Below are positions 1 to 11,877 of a stretch of 64,000 nt of DNA, piece after piece; the first letter of the stretch is position 1, and each line of letters opens with the position of its first letter. The DNA is from Octopus sinensis (taxonomy: Eukaryota). The notes under the pieces were generated by a model. It was given only the letters and a program-made list of their open reading frames with translations, ran no database searches and was not told the DNA's origin. The DNA lies in assembly GCF_006345805.1 (NCBI RefSeq), contig NC_042999.1, positions 9,548,001 through 9,612,000 of the forward strand. Direction: 5' to 3'. The position numbers and the translations under genes were made by a program.

Positions 1-651
1 TTTATTGAAACGCCTTAAGAAAGAAATTTCGTTATAACTGCCACAAAAGGTGTATTTTCCGTCATGGAAAAGTACATAAAAACTGTCAGCTGGAGGTGGT
101 GGGGAGAGATTTTGGAGGTTGGCGAGGGGCAAAGATATTATTCTGCTTAGCGAAGGCATCTGGGAAATATATAACTGCTGTCATTCACAGAAAAACTATT
201 GTTTGTACTGTAAGAAAAGCGCTGTTGAAGTATTAAGTGAAATTTGACAATCAAGGATCGAATCCACACTATACCTACACGAAACCACTACAAATACGTT
301 GTGGAATAAAAAAAAATATCTATTGTCATGAAAAAAGTGTAACTGTAAAAATTCAGTCATCATAACAATGGGCATTCCAAAACGTACGTATGTATAGAAA
401 TGTATGAATGAAATCTTTAAGGTTTAAGATTCAAATTAAGGAAGTGCAATAATAATGTTTAGCAGCTCAGTACTGTGAATAGTGAAATGCAGTATTAGAT
501 CGGCTGATCGTGAAAATCAAATATTGATGGCTTCACTAAAATCTGCAGGTGGTATGGGTCATTTCCCTTGAGTTGCTTAAATAAAATATTAGTAATATGT
601 AGTAGACAGAAGGATCTATTTGAGGGGCCCGATTATCGACTTTTTTTCAAC

Positions 652-684
652 AGGCGCAAGAGTGCTGTGTGGTATGTAGCTTGC
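652..684 (+). mobile_element. SINE family A head fragment
   Basis: aggcgcaagagtgctgtgtggtatgtagcttgc matches the start of the full SINE-A copies (e.g. 46515); truncated at a (TA)n tract. Confidence 0.6.
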
Positions 685-696
685 ATATATATATAT

Positions 697-735
<39 letters not shown>

Positions 736-1009
736 TTCAACAATTGAGGGTAAAATTAATTAATTATTAATCAGTTTCACCAAGTGTTCAGTATGTAAAG
801 GGACCATTATAGGCGAATTCAAAATATTACATTATATATAAGGGCTTAGTAAAATAAATTACTTTGCCACATACTGAACTCATTAGAAATAGCAGCTAAA
901 GAAATTTCTTCAGCTATTTCTAATACTTAAAGAAGATCTCTCTCAGATAGTGTTTGCCTAAACTAACTCACAAAAGTATGGGGGAAAAAACATTAAAAAA
1001 TCAAGTGCA

Positions 1010-1079
1010 AAGGTTATTTGAGAACGTACGTTTCTAGATTAGTCAATTCGACATTTCTTTCTTCAGCTCAGAATTCCTT
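1010..1079 (-). ncRNA. Type I hammerhead ribozyme motif (left arm)
   Basis: Reverse complement of 1644-1713. Confidence 0.6.
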
Positions 1080-1643
1080 GAATCGGATTTGGGAACACTG
1101 AAAGTCGGGAGCATACCCTTTCGGCTTCTAATCACCTCTAGAATTCTGCTCGAACTAAAAGTGCTATCAAATTCGAATATGCAAGCGAAGAATTTCTGCT
1201 CTCCCCTTTCCACCAGCGTGGGTTAAAATTGACAAACACCATGTATTAACAGTGAAAACCGCAGAATTTAGCAAAGAGAGATGAATTATAATTTCAACAA
1301 TTGAGGGTAAAATTAATTAATTATTAATCAGTTTCACCAAGTGTTGAATTCGCCTATAATGGTCCCTTTACATACTGAACACTTGGTGAAACTGATTAAT
1401 AATTAATTAATTTTACCCTCAATTGTTGAAATTATAATTCATCTCTCTTTGCTAAATTCTGCGGTTTTCACTGTTAATACATGGTATTTGTCAATTTTAA
1501 CCCACGCTGGTGGAAAGGGGAGAGCAGAAATTCTTCGCTTGCATATTCGAATTTGATAGCACTTTTAGTTCGAGCAGAATTCTAGAGGTGATTAGAAGCC
1601 GAAAGGGTATGCTCGCGACTTTCAGTGTTCCCAAATCCGATTC

Positions 1644-1713
1644 AAGGAATTCTGAGCTGAAGAAAGAAATGTCGAATTGACTAATCTAGAAACGTACGTT
1701 CTCAAATAACCTT
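1644..1713 (+). ncRNA. Type I hammerhead ribozyme motif (GUU triplet; stem II imperfect)
   Basis: aagg-aattc-tgag (stem I 5'), CTGAAGA 1657-1663, stem II aagaaatgtc..gactaatcta (5 of 10 pairs, 10.1-11.1 mismatched), GAAA 1689-1692, palindromic stem III ACGTACGT, U17 at 1700, ctca-aataa-cctt (stem I 3'). Confidence 0.6.
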
Positions 1714-1883
1714 TGCACTTGATTTTTTAATGTTTTTTCCCCCATACTTTTGTGAGTTAGTTTAGGCAAACACTATCTGAGAGAGATCTTCTTTAAGTAT
1801 TAGAAATAGCTGAAGAAATTTCTTTAGCTGCTATTTCTAATGAGTTCAGTATGTGGCAAAGTAATTTATTTTACTAAGCCCTT

Positions 1884-1996
1884 ATATATATATATATATA
1901 ATATATATATAATACATATATATATATGTATGTGTGTGTGTGCATGTATAAATATATACATATATATATATATATATACATATATATACATATATA

Positions 1997-2029
<33 letters not shown>

Positions 2030-2030
2030 A

Positions 2031-2093
<63 letters not shown>

Positions 2094-2118
2094 GCATATA
2101 TATGTATATGTGTGTGTG
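1884..2118. repeat. (TA)n/(TG)n microsatellite
   Basis: Direct reading; source of the YIYI-type ORFs. Confidence 0.95.
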
Positions 2119-2119
2119 T

Positions 2120-2417
2120 GGAGGTGCAATGGCCCAGTGGTTAGGGCAGCGGACTCGCGGATGTAGGGTCGCGGTTTCGATTCTCAGACCGAGCGATATG
2201 AGTGTTTATTGAGCGAAAACAACTAAAGCTCCACGAGGCTCCGGCAGGGGTGTGGCAATCCCTGATGTACTCTTTCGTCACAACTTTCTCTCACTCTTTC
2301 TTCTGTTGGCCTGCTCGCTCAGCCAGCGGGGTGGCGTCATTTGAAGGCTAAAACAATGCGAAGCGCATTGTGACCAGCGATGTGTAGCAACATCTGATAG
2401 CTTGGTCTGTCACGGTG

Positions 2418-2420
<3 letters not shown>
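2120..2420 (+). mobile_element. tRNA-derived SINE family B (variant tail)
   Basis: A-box-like tggcccagtggttagg, B-box-like ggtttcgattctc; body shared with 52937-53258 and 19853-20140. Confidence 0.8.
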
Positions 2421-2480
<60 letters not shown>

Positions 2481-2589
2481 TATAGATAGATATATATAAT
2501 ATATATATAGATAGATAATATATATATATAGATAGATAATATATATATAGATAGATATATATAATATATATATAGATAGATAATATATC
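2421..2589. repeat. (TA)n/(TAGA)n microsatellite
   Basis: Direct reading. Confidence 0.95.
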
Positions 2590-2593
2590 AAGA

Positions 2594-3483
2594 ATGTCCA
2601 GAGCTTGGAAACGTGATGAACTGGCGTGGTTCCTGCGAGGATGGCAATGCGCTGACGGAGAAAGTCCAAGTAACATAATTGCGGCAGCACTAAGGAACAA
2701 AGGATTCAAAAGGACGTCAGCACAAATAGAGCGGAAGAGGCAAGAGTTCGTACGCTCATACGCACTTGTCAGATCGCACATAAACACACTGGATGCCATT
2801 TTTAACAGCGAAAAACGCGAACAAAGTAAAGATGGCAAGGATGGAGACGCGGGCGCAGATGAGGAGGGTCACCCCCACCTGGTGGACGCCCAGGAAGAAA
2901 ACTCCAGCGAGAGGCCTGCCCGGGAGGTGAACCCAGGTACGGATGCTCCTACCGGCACCAAAAGCCATGGACATGGAGATGAAGAGGCCAAAAAAGAGGA
3001 AAAACTGAAGCTAAAACTCAGACAAAGCCAAGGGGCAAGGCAGCCAGGGATAGAGGCAAACCTAACTGTCCATATGCCAAAAAGGATGGAAACAAGCAGC
3101 GCACACGGGTATGTAGGTTCTACCTGAGAGGTGCCTGCCGGCATGGAGAGGAAGGTGCAGGCTGCCGCTTTGCACATCCGGGACCCTGCCACAGAAACCA
3201 ACCACCGAAAGGAAATGGGATGGACCACGCATCACCGGCCCCAAAACGGAGGTACGCAGATGTGGTGCGTACCACAAACCACCAACGTGTTGTTGAAAGG
3301 GCAGCTGCTGAGCAGGAATCTTTTTTGTGCATGGCACAAAAGATTGTACAGCAGCTAACCTGGCTCCATCAGGCTCAGGCTCGCAGATGGGACTGCCCAC
3401 GGTTCACAAGACCGCCACAGCAGATGGACCCAGGGTGGACACCACCGGCAACAGCATACACCTCACCTCGATGCTCCTACTGA
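2594..3483 (+). pseudogene. LINE ORF1: N-terminal Myb/SANT-like (trihelix-type) region, charged linker, CCCH zinc finger; one frameshift near 3000
   Basis: Frame of 2594: WKRDELAWFL...IIAAALRNKGFKRTSAQIERKRQEFVRSY. Frame of 3220, open from 2983: VCRFYLRGACRHGEEGAGCRFAHP (3112-3177, C-x7-C-x8-C-x3-H). Stop 3481-3483 overlaps the ORF2 start. Confidence 0.7.
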
Positions 3484-6432
3484 ACATCAGAGGACTACTA
3501 ACACACAGTAACAGGACAAAAGTCCCGTTCCTGAGAGACTTTGTCGCATGCAATCAAGCCTTATGCATAGCACTCACAGAAACGCATCTGAAACCGGACA
3601 TAGCAGATGCGGAATTACACATACCACAGTATGTTGTACTACGGACCGACAGGAAAGAAAGAAGTCATGGAGGAGTTGCTATGTACATCCGTGGGGACCT
3701 CACACCCCAGGTCCTTTTGTCATACTCAAACTCGGTGTGTGACACACTAATTGTACACATAAGGCAACTTGATGTAGTTGTGTGTGCTACATATCGCCCT
3801 CCAGATGCCCCAAGTCATATGGGCAAGTTTGAGGACTGCCTTTTAAAAATAGAAGAACTTCTAACCACATTAGAACAACACATAAGTGTACTTCTCATGG
3901 GAGACTTCAATCTACCGAATGTCAGATGGCCCGAGGGCCTTTCTCTCCCAGGAATGACAAGATGTGAACGAGGACAGGCGAGGTCCCTCCTGAACCTCAC
4001 CAACACCCTGTACATGGAGCAAGTAATACTCCAACCAACCAGAGCGGGTAACACACTGGATCTCTGCTTCACAAATAATATGGATCTCATCCATAATGTG
4101 AAAGTGACACCGACACTACTCTCGGATCACAACATGGTAGAGCTGACCATGTACGGGCCAAAAGAGAGCACGGACATGCAGCCTACAAGAAACCCTCAGA
4201 GTCTTTCCAGCTTGAACTTCAATAAGGCAAACTGGAAACAAATTGAGAAAGAGATCCTCAAACAAAACTGGCCTGAATGTCTCTCCTCGCCGGACATCGA
4301 CATGATACTTCAACAATTCATGTCTGTAATGCAAGCCATATGCTACAAATGTGTCCCAGAGAGAAAGGCCACTGTACACAAGAACAAAATCCCCAGAGAG
4401 AGAAAAATTTTAATGAGACGGCGCACAAAAATCTCAAATCGCCTAAACAAACAAATTGAAAGCAGTGAAAAGTCCCGCTTGAAAATAAAACTGTTGGAAA
4501 TTGAAAATTGTCTGCAACTCTCCCATGAGAAGGAAAGAGCAGACAAAGAAGCCTGGGCTATAGACAACATAAAAACTAACCCCAGAGCTTTCTACAGGTA
4601 TGCCAAAGAAACAGCTACGGTGCACTGTAGGATAGGGCCACTCCTTGAAAAGGATGGCACACTCACAGGAAAACCAATGAGGGTAAGTGAAATACTGAAT
4701 GAACAATTCAAGAGTGTTTTCACTCCACCCCTTGGGCATTTCCAAATCAGCAATCCAACTGACTTTTTTACCACTGCAGATATAGAATCAGAGGCGGCGA
4801 CGTTAAATTACATCGATATAAAGGAAGATGATGTAATAAAGGCTATAGATGAAATGAAAATAGACTCAGCTATTGGCCCCGATAGATTCCCGGCAATCCT
4901 CCTAAAAGTATGTAAGAGAGTCTTAGCAAGACCACTGCAGTTCCTCTTTCAGAGCTTCCTTGCAGCTGGCAAACTTCCAAGAAAACTGAAGGAAGGTAAA
5001 ATATGCCCTATTCATAAAGGAGGTAGCAGAGCGGAGGCCAAGAACTACAGACCTATCTCTCTGACCTCACACATCAGCAAGGTCATGGAACGAATAGTCA
5101 GAAGGAAACTAATCACCGTCCTTGAAGAAAATGACTTGCTGCCTGACACCCAACATGGTTTCCGACCAGAAGAAGCTGCTGCTTAACTCAGCTCCTGCAG
5201 CACTATGACTGGGTGCTGAAACAACTGCTCAACCACTCAAATGTGGAAGTCATATATCTCGACTTCGCAAAGGCCTTCGATAAAGTCGATCATGGAATGA
5301 TATGTCACAAACTGCGTGATCTTGGCATAGTTGGAAAACTAGGAGATGGCTTCACGACTTTCTGAAGAATAGAAGTCAGGTGGTAGTAGCCAATGGGGCC
5401 ACTTCCATTAGCACGCAAATAGTGAGCGGTGTTCCACAGGGCACTGTTTTGGGACCACTACTGTTCATAATGGCCCTCTCAGACATGCCCTCAGCTACGC
5501 GGAGAGCCACGATCACAAGTTATGCAGATGATACAAAAGTTTCACAGGCAATACAGAACCCTGAAGACACTAGGCACCTGCAATATGAGCTGGATGAAAT
5601 ATACAAGTGGGCTGAAAAGAATAGCATGCAGTTTAATGCTGAAAAGTTTCAAGCTTTATACTATCAGCATGCAAAACTGAATGCAATACCCAAGGAATAC
5701 ACTGGACCCGGAGGGATTGCAATCCCAGAGGCACAATGAGTGCGTGACCTGGGTATTCACATGAGTGATGACGCGACCTTTCATGTACATGTTGCTAAAC
5801 TGACAGTGAAATGCAGACGCCTGGCTGGATGGATTCTTAGAACCTTTAGAACAAGAGAACAAGAAACCATGATGGTCCTCTGGAAGACACTTGTCCTAAG
5901 TCACTTTGACTATTGCTCTCAGCTATGGTCACCATCCAGTGTCAAGTTGATCACAGAACTTGAGGCGATCCAACGAAGCTACACGGAGAAGATAGCCTCT
6001 ATGCAGAATGTAAGCTACTGGGAAAGACTCAAGAGATTAAAATTATATTCCCTGGAGCGTAGGCGGGAAAGATATGCCATAATATACATCTGGATGATCC
6101 TGGAGGGAAGTGTCCTGAACTTTGGCATCGAGAGTTACGCAAACGCCAGAACTGGGCGCCACTGCGTGGTGCCTAGAACTCCAAACTTGCCATCAAGATG
6201 TAGGACAAGATTCTGTGATAGCCTGGGCTTCCGAGGCCCACAGCTCTTCAATATCCTCCCGATGAACCTGAGAGACCTGCATGGGGTGGATACAGATGTC
6301 TTTAAAATGGAGCTGGATCTCTTCCTGTCAGGTGTCCCAGATGAACCAACTTCACGGCAGGAGGGGCAGATGAGGGCAGCTGCATCGAACTCTCTCATGC
6401 ACCAAATAGCAGTTGCTAGAAAGCCTCCATGA
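3471..6432 (+). pseudogene. LINE ORF2: apurinic-like endonuclease plus reverse transcriptase, disrupted
   Basis: MLLLNIRG, LTETHL, MGDFNLP, LDLCFTN, SDH (endonuclease); NYRPISLTSHISKVMER, YLDFAKAFDKVDH, SGVPQGTVLGPLLF, YADD at 5521-5532 (RT). Frameshifts near 5170 and 5345; TGA at 5737-5739 where the copy at 20865 has TCA. Confidence 0.92.
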
Positions 6433-6939
6433 AGTGAAACCAAGTAGCAACACCAAATGGCGGTGCCCCAGCATGGCCACAGCTCATAAGCTGAAACTGG
6501 AATCAATCAATCAATCAATCATATATATACATATGTTAAGGTTTACTACAACTGTTTCAGACGTGTTCTATATTGATGAACAAAAAGTTATGTCATGCAA
6601 AATACCCGTTTTTTTTTCAGGTGAATAAAGAGAAAATTTACCCAGGTAGCGGATTGGAAAGTGAATAGCGGAAGTAATTATAATGCTTAGATTCCTGGTG
6701 ATGTATTAATGAACTCGTTCGAGGGACCAAAATAGGGGAATGAAGTAGAGGGAAAAGTAGAAGGCGGGAAATGGAGAGAGAAAAGAAAAGGGACGATATA
6801 GTACGCCCTCATTAAGAGGTAATAAGATAAAACTAGATGTTGTAAATAAAAGTAACTTTGTGCGTGATAAAGATGAGTTGAGATAAGTTAGAGGCTGTCA
6901 ATAAAAGAGTAATAAAAGTGATGACAAGGAGGAAAACAA

Positions 6940-7166
6940 ACACACACACACACGCGCATATATACAGATGTATACACAGTTATATACTGACACATACACA
7001 CACGCACAAACACACACACACATATATATATATACGCACGTACACACATGCATTCACATATACAAATATAAACATACATACACATATTTATATACTCAGA
7101 TACGCGCTTATATGCACACACACCACTCCATACATATATACATACATACCTAACACACACACACAC

Positions 7167-7252
<86 letters not shown>

Positions 7253-7262
7253 ATATGTATAT
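6940..7262. repeat. (CA)n/(TA)n low-complexity tract
   Basis: Direct reading. Confidence 0.9.
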
Positions 7263-7429
7263 ATAATTATAATTAAGGGCATATAAAAGAATTTCTCCCC
7301 TATATGCTGAAAATAGACGCTAAATTGTCTCACCACTCTAGAAATGACAAAGCTGCACATGTGTTGAGATCGAGGGAGCAAGCTAAAGGCAATTATATAC
7401 ACACAAAAGAAAGACCCTTCTTTTAGCCC

Positions 7430-9720
7430 ATGACATGGTCCTCTGTAACCTGACATTCCACCAACCGAAAGCTAACCCTAGTAACCTCTCTCCAGCCCAC
7501 TCATTTGATATCATGGATCTCTATGATACCGACTGGGACGCAATGATAAACGATCTGTCACATACTGACTGGTCTATCACACATGCACACACCTCCTCCA
7601 GCATCAAAATATTTTGGCAGATCTTTGCAAACACTGTCACAAACATATGTGCTAAACACATACCACCAAGACCTGTAAAAGAAAACTAAGTGCAGAATTC
7701 CCCAGAACGCAAAAACGATTATCAGAAAAATAAAAAGAACAAGCAGAAAGATTAACAAACTAAAATACTGCCAACAGCCACACATAACCTCGACGGCTAT
7801 CACCCTGCTCAAATAAAAAATATATATAACCTTCAACAATGCATGAAGACCATCATGAATAACCAAAGAACAGCTGAAGAGAAATGGGCCGTTGAGAAAA
7901 TCAAACTTAACCCCAAAGTGATCTCTATTGCGAAAAAAAACTGTCTCCACTGTTGGCCCTCGAACTGATGAAAATAGCAATCTCCAAGATAATGACACAA
8001 CCATGGGTAAGATACAACAGAAACAGTGCTGCTCTGTTTGTAACAATCCTGATATGGCTAATCTCGACTGTATCAGTGATGTTAATCCTTAACACACTAC
8101 ATCGGATACAACGTTTGGCGCCCTGATGTCTTAGCGGCAATAAACGAAATTAAACACAATTCGGCAGTAGGCCCTTATAGGTTTCGCAGCTTGTGTCCTG
8201 AAGGTGTGTCGACACCAACTTGCATCTCCTCTTGCCGATCTCACTGATGCTGGTTTCTATCCCAGTCTGTTGTCCCAGTTTTCAAAAAGGGAAACAAGTC
8301 CCTTGCAGTGAACTACCTGCCTATCTCGCTCACCTCTCATATCCTCGAGGTATTTAAGAGGGGGTGAGATCACAGATATACCACTTTCTTGAAAGCCACA
8401 GAATGAAGATCCTCAATCAAAATGGGTTCCGTAATGAAAGGAACTGCCTAACGCAGCTCCTGCATCACTTGATGACATTTTGAAAGCTTTGGGAGAGGGC
8501 TCGAATACTGATGTAATCTACCTTGATTTCAGCAAGGCCTTTGACTGGGTGAGTCTTAAGACTCTCTTGAAAAAACTATCCAGCATTGGTGTCTCTGGAA
8601 AGTTACTACAATGGATCGAGTGTTTCCTGACAGGCAGAACCCAACATGTTGTAGTCGAAGGAGTTATATCAAGCCCAGCCAAAGTCAGTAGTGGTGTTCC
8701 ACAAGGCACTGTGTTAGGCGCACTTCTTTTCATCTACACTAATGACATTGTTGACATCATCAAGCACAGCAGATGATTCCAAGCTCTAGAAGGTCATCAG
8801 TGAAGTGGGTGACCGGACATGCCTTCAATCGGATCTGCTGGCTGTCATTCAATGAGCGGAAAAGAATAATCTGCTGCTGAACGAAGACAAATTTGAATTA
8901 ATCCACTTCGGAAAAGAGGATATCCTGAAACTCCCATACTCCCTTCCTTCAGGTGAAACTCTCATGGCATCCAACAACATCAGAGACTTGGGAGTAATTG
9001 TGGACAACGACATAAGCTGGGCCGCTCATATAAACAGCAAAGTTGACATGGACCGCAGAATGTTTTCCTGGATTCTCAGAACTTTCCAGTCGAGAGACAT
9101 CCACACCATTATCCTTCTCTTCTCTACTTTTGCCCGACTCCACCTTGAATACTGTTGTCCACTGTGGTCTCCCCACACGAAGCAAAGTATCATGAAAGTT
9201 GAAGCACCTCAAATATTAATAACAAAAAAGATAGATGGCATGACAGGCTTTGACTATTGGGGTCGACTAGAAAAGTTCAAGCTTTATGCTCTCCAGTGCT
9301 GCGGAGAGCGTTACATCATCTGCATGATGTGGAAAGTATTCCATCAGCATTGCCCAAATGATGTTGGCATCGCCTTTAAGATAAACCCCGTGTTATCTGC
9401 TCACAACATAAATCATACTTGTATCACAGAACAACAATACGGCACGATTATTCCACCTCAGTTGGCCCCGTTCTCTTTAACATTACACCAAAACACATTA
9501 CAGCAGAAACAGACCCCATAAAGTTCAAGATGTCTGTGAGCAAATTCCTTCAAAAAGTCCCTGATAAACCTCCTACCCCTAGATATGTCTTCATAAACAA
9601 TAACTCTTTCCTCGAGTGGGCCATGTTGACAGATTCCTGATTTGAAATCCTTTGCCAGGTGGTGCTATTAGGTTAGACATGACCTGAGACAATACTGGCC
9701 GAAATATTTTGATATCAAAG
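7430..9720 (+). mobile_element. Older 5'-truncated CR1/L2-group LINE (decayed RT and 3' end)
   Basis: FKKGNKSLAVNYLPISLTSH-like segment near 8280-8340; DVIYLDFSKAFD, SGVPQGTVLG (8480-8776); IRDLGVIVD, LEYCCPLWSP (8964-9521); many stops and frameshifts. Confidence 0.85.
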
Positions 9721-9829
9721 TATATGATTCCACCTTAATCGGTTGATTTTTTATATGCTGGCCACAGATAAATGTTTTTTTTAATTTTTACCCGTTATTA
9801 TTACTATATATATTTTATTTTGATTATTA

Positions 9830-10175
9830 TTTGAGGGAATAAAATCCAAAACTTACAAGGAAAAAAATTCAATTTAGAAATACTAAATCAAATTTCACAC
9901 AATATAATATATATATAAAAAATTAGAAAAAACCCACCTTTTATCAATTCAAAATGAACAATTAAATTGCACCATCTAGAAAATTACATATAATAGAAAT
10001 ATTAAAATTAAAATAACAATAAAATGTCAATGATTAAGTAAATTGCAAAAAAATTATATAAGTTTTTATTATTACTTTTTTGCAATTTCTATTATATGTA
10101 ATTTTCTAGATGGTGTAATTGATTTGTTCATTTTGAATTGATAAAAGGTGGTTTTCTTCTACTTTTATATATATA
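9830..10175. mobile_element. Fragment of family-2 (Penelope-like) terminal repeat with internal inverted repeat
   Basis: gggaataaaatccaaaacttacaaggaaaa resembles 59822-59850; arms 9909-10000 and 10085-10176 are imperfect inverted repeats. Confidence 0.55.
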
Positions 10176-10569
10176 TCTTTATATATAAAAGAGAGGTTGT
10201 GTGTGTGTGTCACCTACGATTTAGATTCCTAACTATTCCCACATTTTGCGGTGCAGTTTAACCAAAACCGGGTATATTATAGTCGTGATTCATATCGAGT
10301 CCTTCTGGGTATTAGCGCGCGTCTACGATGAGTCTACGATTTTAAAAATAATTTACCATCAATTTTTCCCATTTTTAATGCATTTTTGGCATATATAAGG
10401 GAAGTAACTCTCTAAAAATTTATTATTAAATCTCAGAACGTTAAAAGCTACAGTAACACCCCCCTTTGTGGTTAGCCATATTGAGATGGCTATTATACTT
10501 TACATCTCTAAAAATGCTTATATAGTTATTTCCCTTACAAACCCGAGCAACGCCGGGCGATACTGCTAG
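10176..10569 (+). mobile_element. Non-autonomous Helitron-like element
   Basis: 5' TC, 3' CTAG, inserted between A and T; subterminal hairpin cccgagcaacgccggg; second copy at 28734-29128. Confidence 0.75.
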
Positions 10570-10949
10570 TATATATATATATATATACACAGACGTACAT
10601 ATGTATCTCCACACGCACATATATTAGTGTTATCTACAAGTATAAATAAAGAATAGAGCGCACAAAAAAATAACAAACGATTTAAAGTTAGCGTATACAT
10701 GTATACATGTGCCCGTAGGGATATACATGACCATTGTCTACGTGCACAAACGACTACAGTGCAATCCAATAAGATAATAATATAATTATCTTAAAATATA
10801 TTAAAATAATCATACATAATAGAGTATTAAAGGAACGGGAGCGGGACATATGTATGAGCAATGAGGTTACACTCTATATTATCGTTAGATTACGTGATAG
10901 GCTCAAATAGGTCGTAAATAATACCTGATGCCGTTAAATGACATCCAAT

Positions 10950-11877
10950 AGGCGCAGGAGTGGCTAGTTAGTTAGTTGGTTAGTTGGTTAGTTAGTTAGT
11001 TAATTTGGCTCAAAAGCAAATAGCAAGGCCATGTAGGGGGACGTGGAGTTAAGTACAGGGTGGTGTTCATGTAAAGAGTTCAGGCCACTTGAGGTCAAGG
11101 GAGGCTTTGAACAAAGCGGTCGTCGGCATCTTCACCATCTCGTCTGGCAGCTTGTTCCATGGATCCTCAACCCGGACGGAGAAAGCTCCTCTCCTTCGAT
11201 TGAGATGAAATCGTCGCAGGTAGAGCTTTTCGGAATGACCCCGCAGTCGACGCTCTGGAGCAGGAGTGAAGAACAGCTCTTTCGAGAGGTTACACTTTCC
11301 GCTTATGATGTTGTGGGCGAGAATGAGATCACCACGGCGGCGGCGTTTTTCAAGAGAACAAAGGTCGAGCGTCCTCAGCCTTTCTTCGTAGGACAAATTT
11401 TTGAGACCATGAACCATGCGGGTATCCAGCTTCTGGACTCTTTCGAGATGCTGTATGTCTTTGAGGAGATAAGGAGAAGAGGCTGTGTGGTAAGTAGCTT
11501 GTTTACCAACCACATGGTTCCGGGTTCAGTCCCACTGCGTGGCACCTTGGGCAAGTGTCTTCTACTCTAGCCTCGGGCCAACCAAAGCCTTGTGAGTGGA
11601 TTTGGTCGACGGAAACTGAAAGAAGCCCGTCGTATATATGTATATATATATATGCGTGTGTGTGTTTGTGTGTGTGTTTGTCCCCCTAGCATTGCTTGAC
11701 AGCCGATGCTGGTGTGTTTATGTCCCCGTTACTTAGCGGTTCGGCAAAAGAGACCGAGAGAATAAGTACTGGGCTTACAAAAGAATAAGTCCCGGGGTCG
11801 AGATGCTCGATTAAAGGTGGTGCTCTAGCATGGCCGCAGTCAAATGACTGAAACAAGTAAAAGAGTAAAAGAGAGAG
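10950..11877 (+). mobile_element. SINE family A interrupted by a CR1 3' fragment
   Basis: Head aggcgcaggagtggct 10950-10965 resumes as ggctgtgtggtaag at 11481; CORE-like caccttgggcaagtgtctt; (GAGTAAAA)n tail. Confidence 0.85.
10966..11480 (-). mobile_element. CR1-clade LINE 3' end (5'-truncated)
   Basis: SPYLLKDIQHLERVQ..LSYEERL..LEKRRRRGDLI..RGHSEKL..WNKLP..FKASLD; (CTAA)n tail; ggct on both sides (10962-10965 and 11481-11484). Confidence 0.88.

Larger units (their letters stand above)
734..1890. mobile_element. Palindromic non-coding element (family 1, unit about 557 nt), Penelope-like pLTR or retrozyme-type
   Basis: Arms 833-1345 and 1378-1890 are near-perfect reverse complements (2 mismatches seen) around a 32-nt spacer. 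734-788 repeats directly at 1291-1345 (period 557). Flanked by (TA)n. Homologous to the unit at 58592-59758. Confidence 0.8.
2590..6520 (+). mobile_element. Near-full-length CR1/L2-group non-LTR retrotransposon (LINE), slightly decayed
   Basis: ORF1, then ORF2 with APE endonuclease and RT motifs; 3' UTR with hairpin cagc-tcataa-gctg and (AATC)n tail 6501-6520; flanked by (TA)n on both sides. Confidence 0.93.

Noticed and set aside
883-925. CTGAAGA inside a hairpin (minus strand; mirrored at 1798-1840) as another hammerhead
   Set aside because: No GAAA-stem III-NUH follows; it is a simple stem-loop
1840-2166. Long [16 protein letters not shown] ORFs here and throughout the track
   Set aside because: Translations of (TA)n, (GT)n and (TATC)n microsatellites, which lack stop codons
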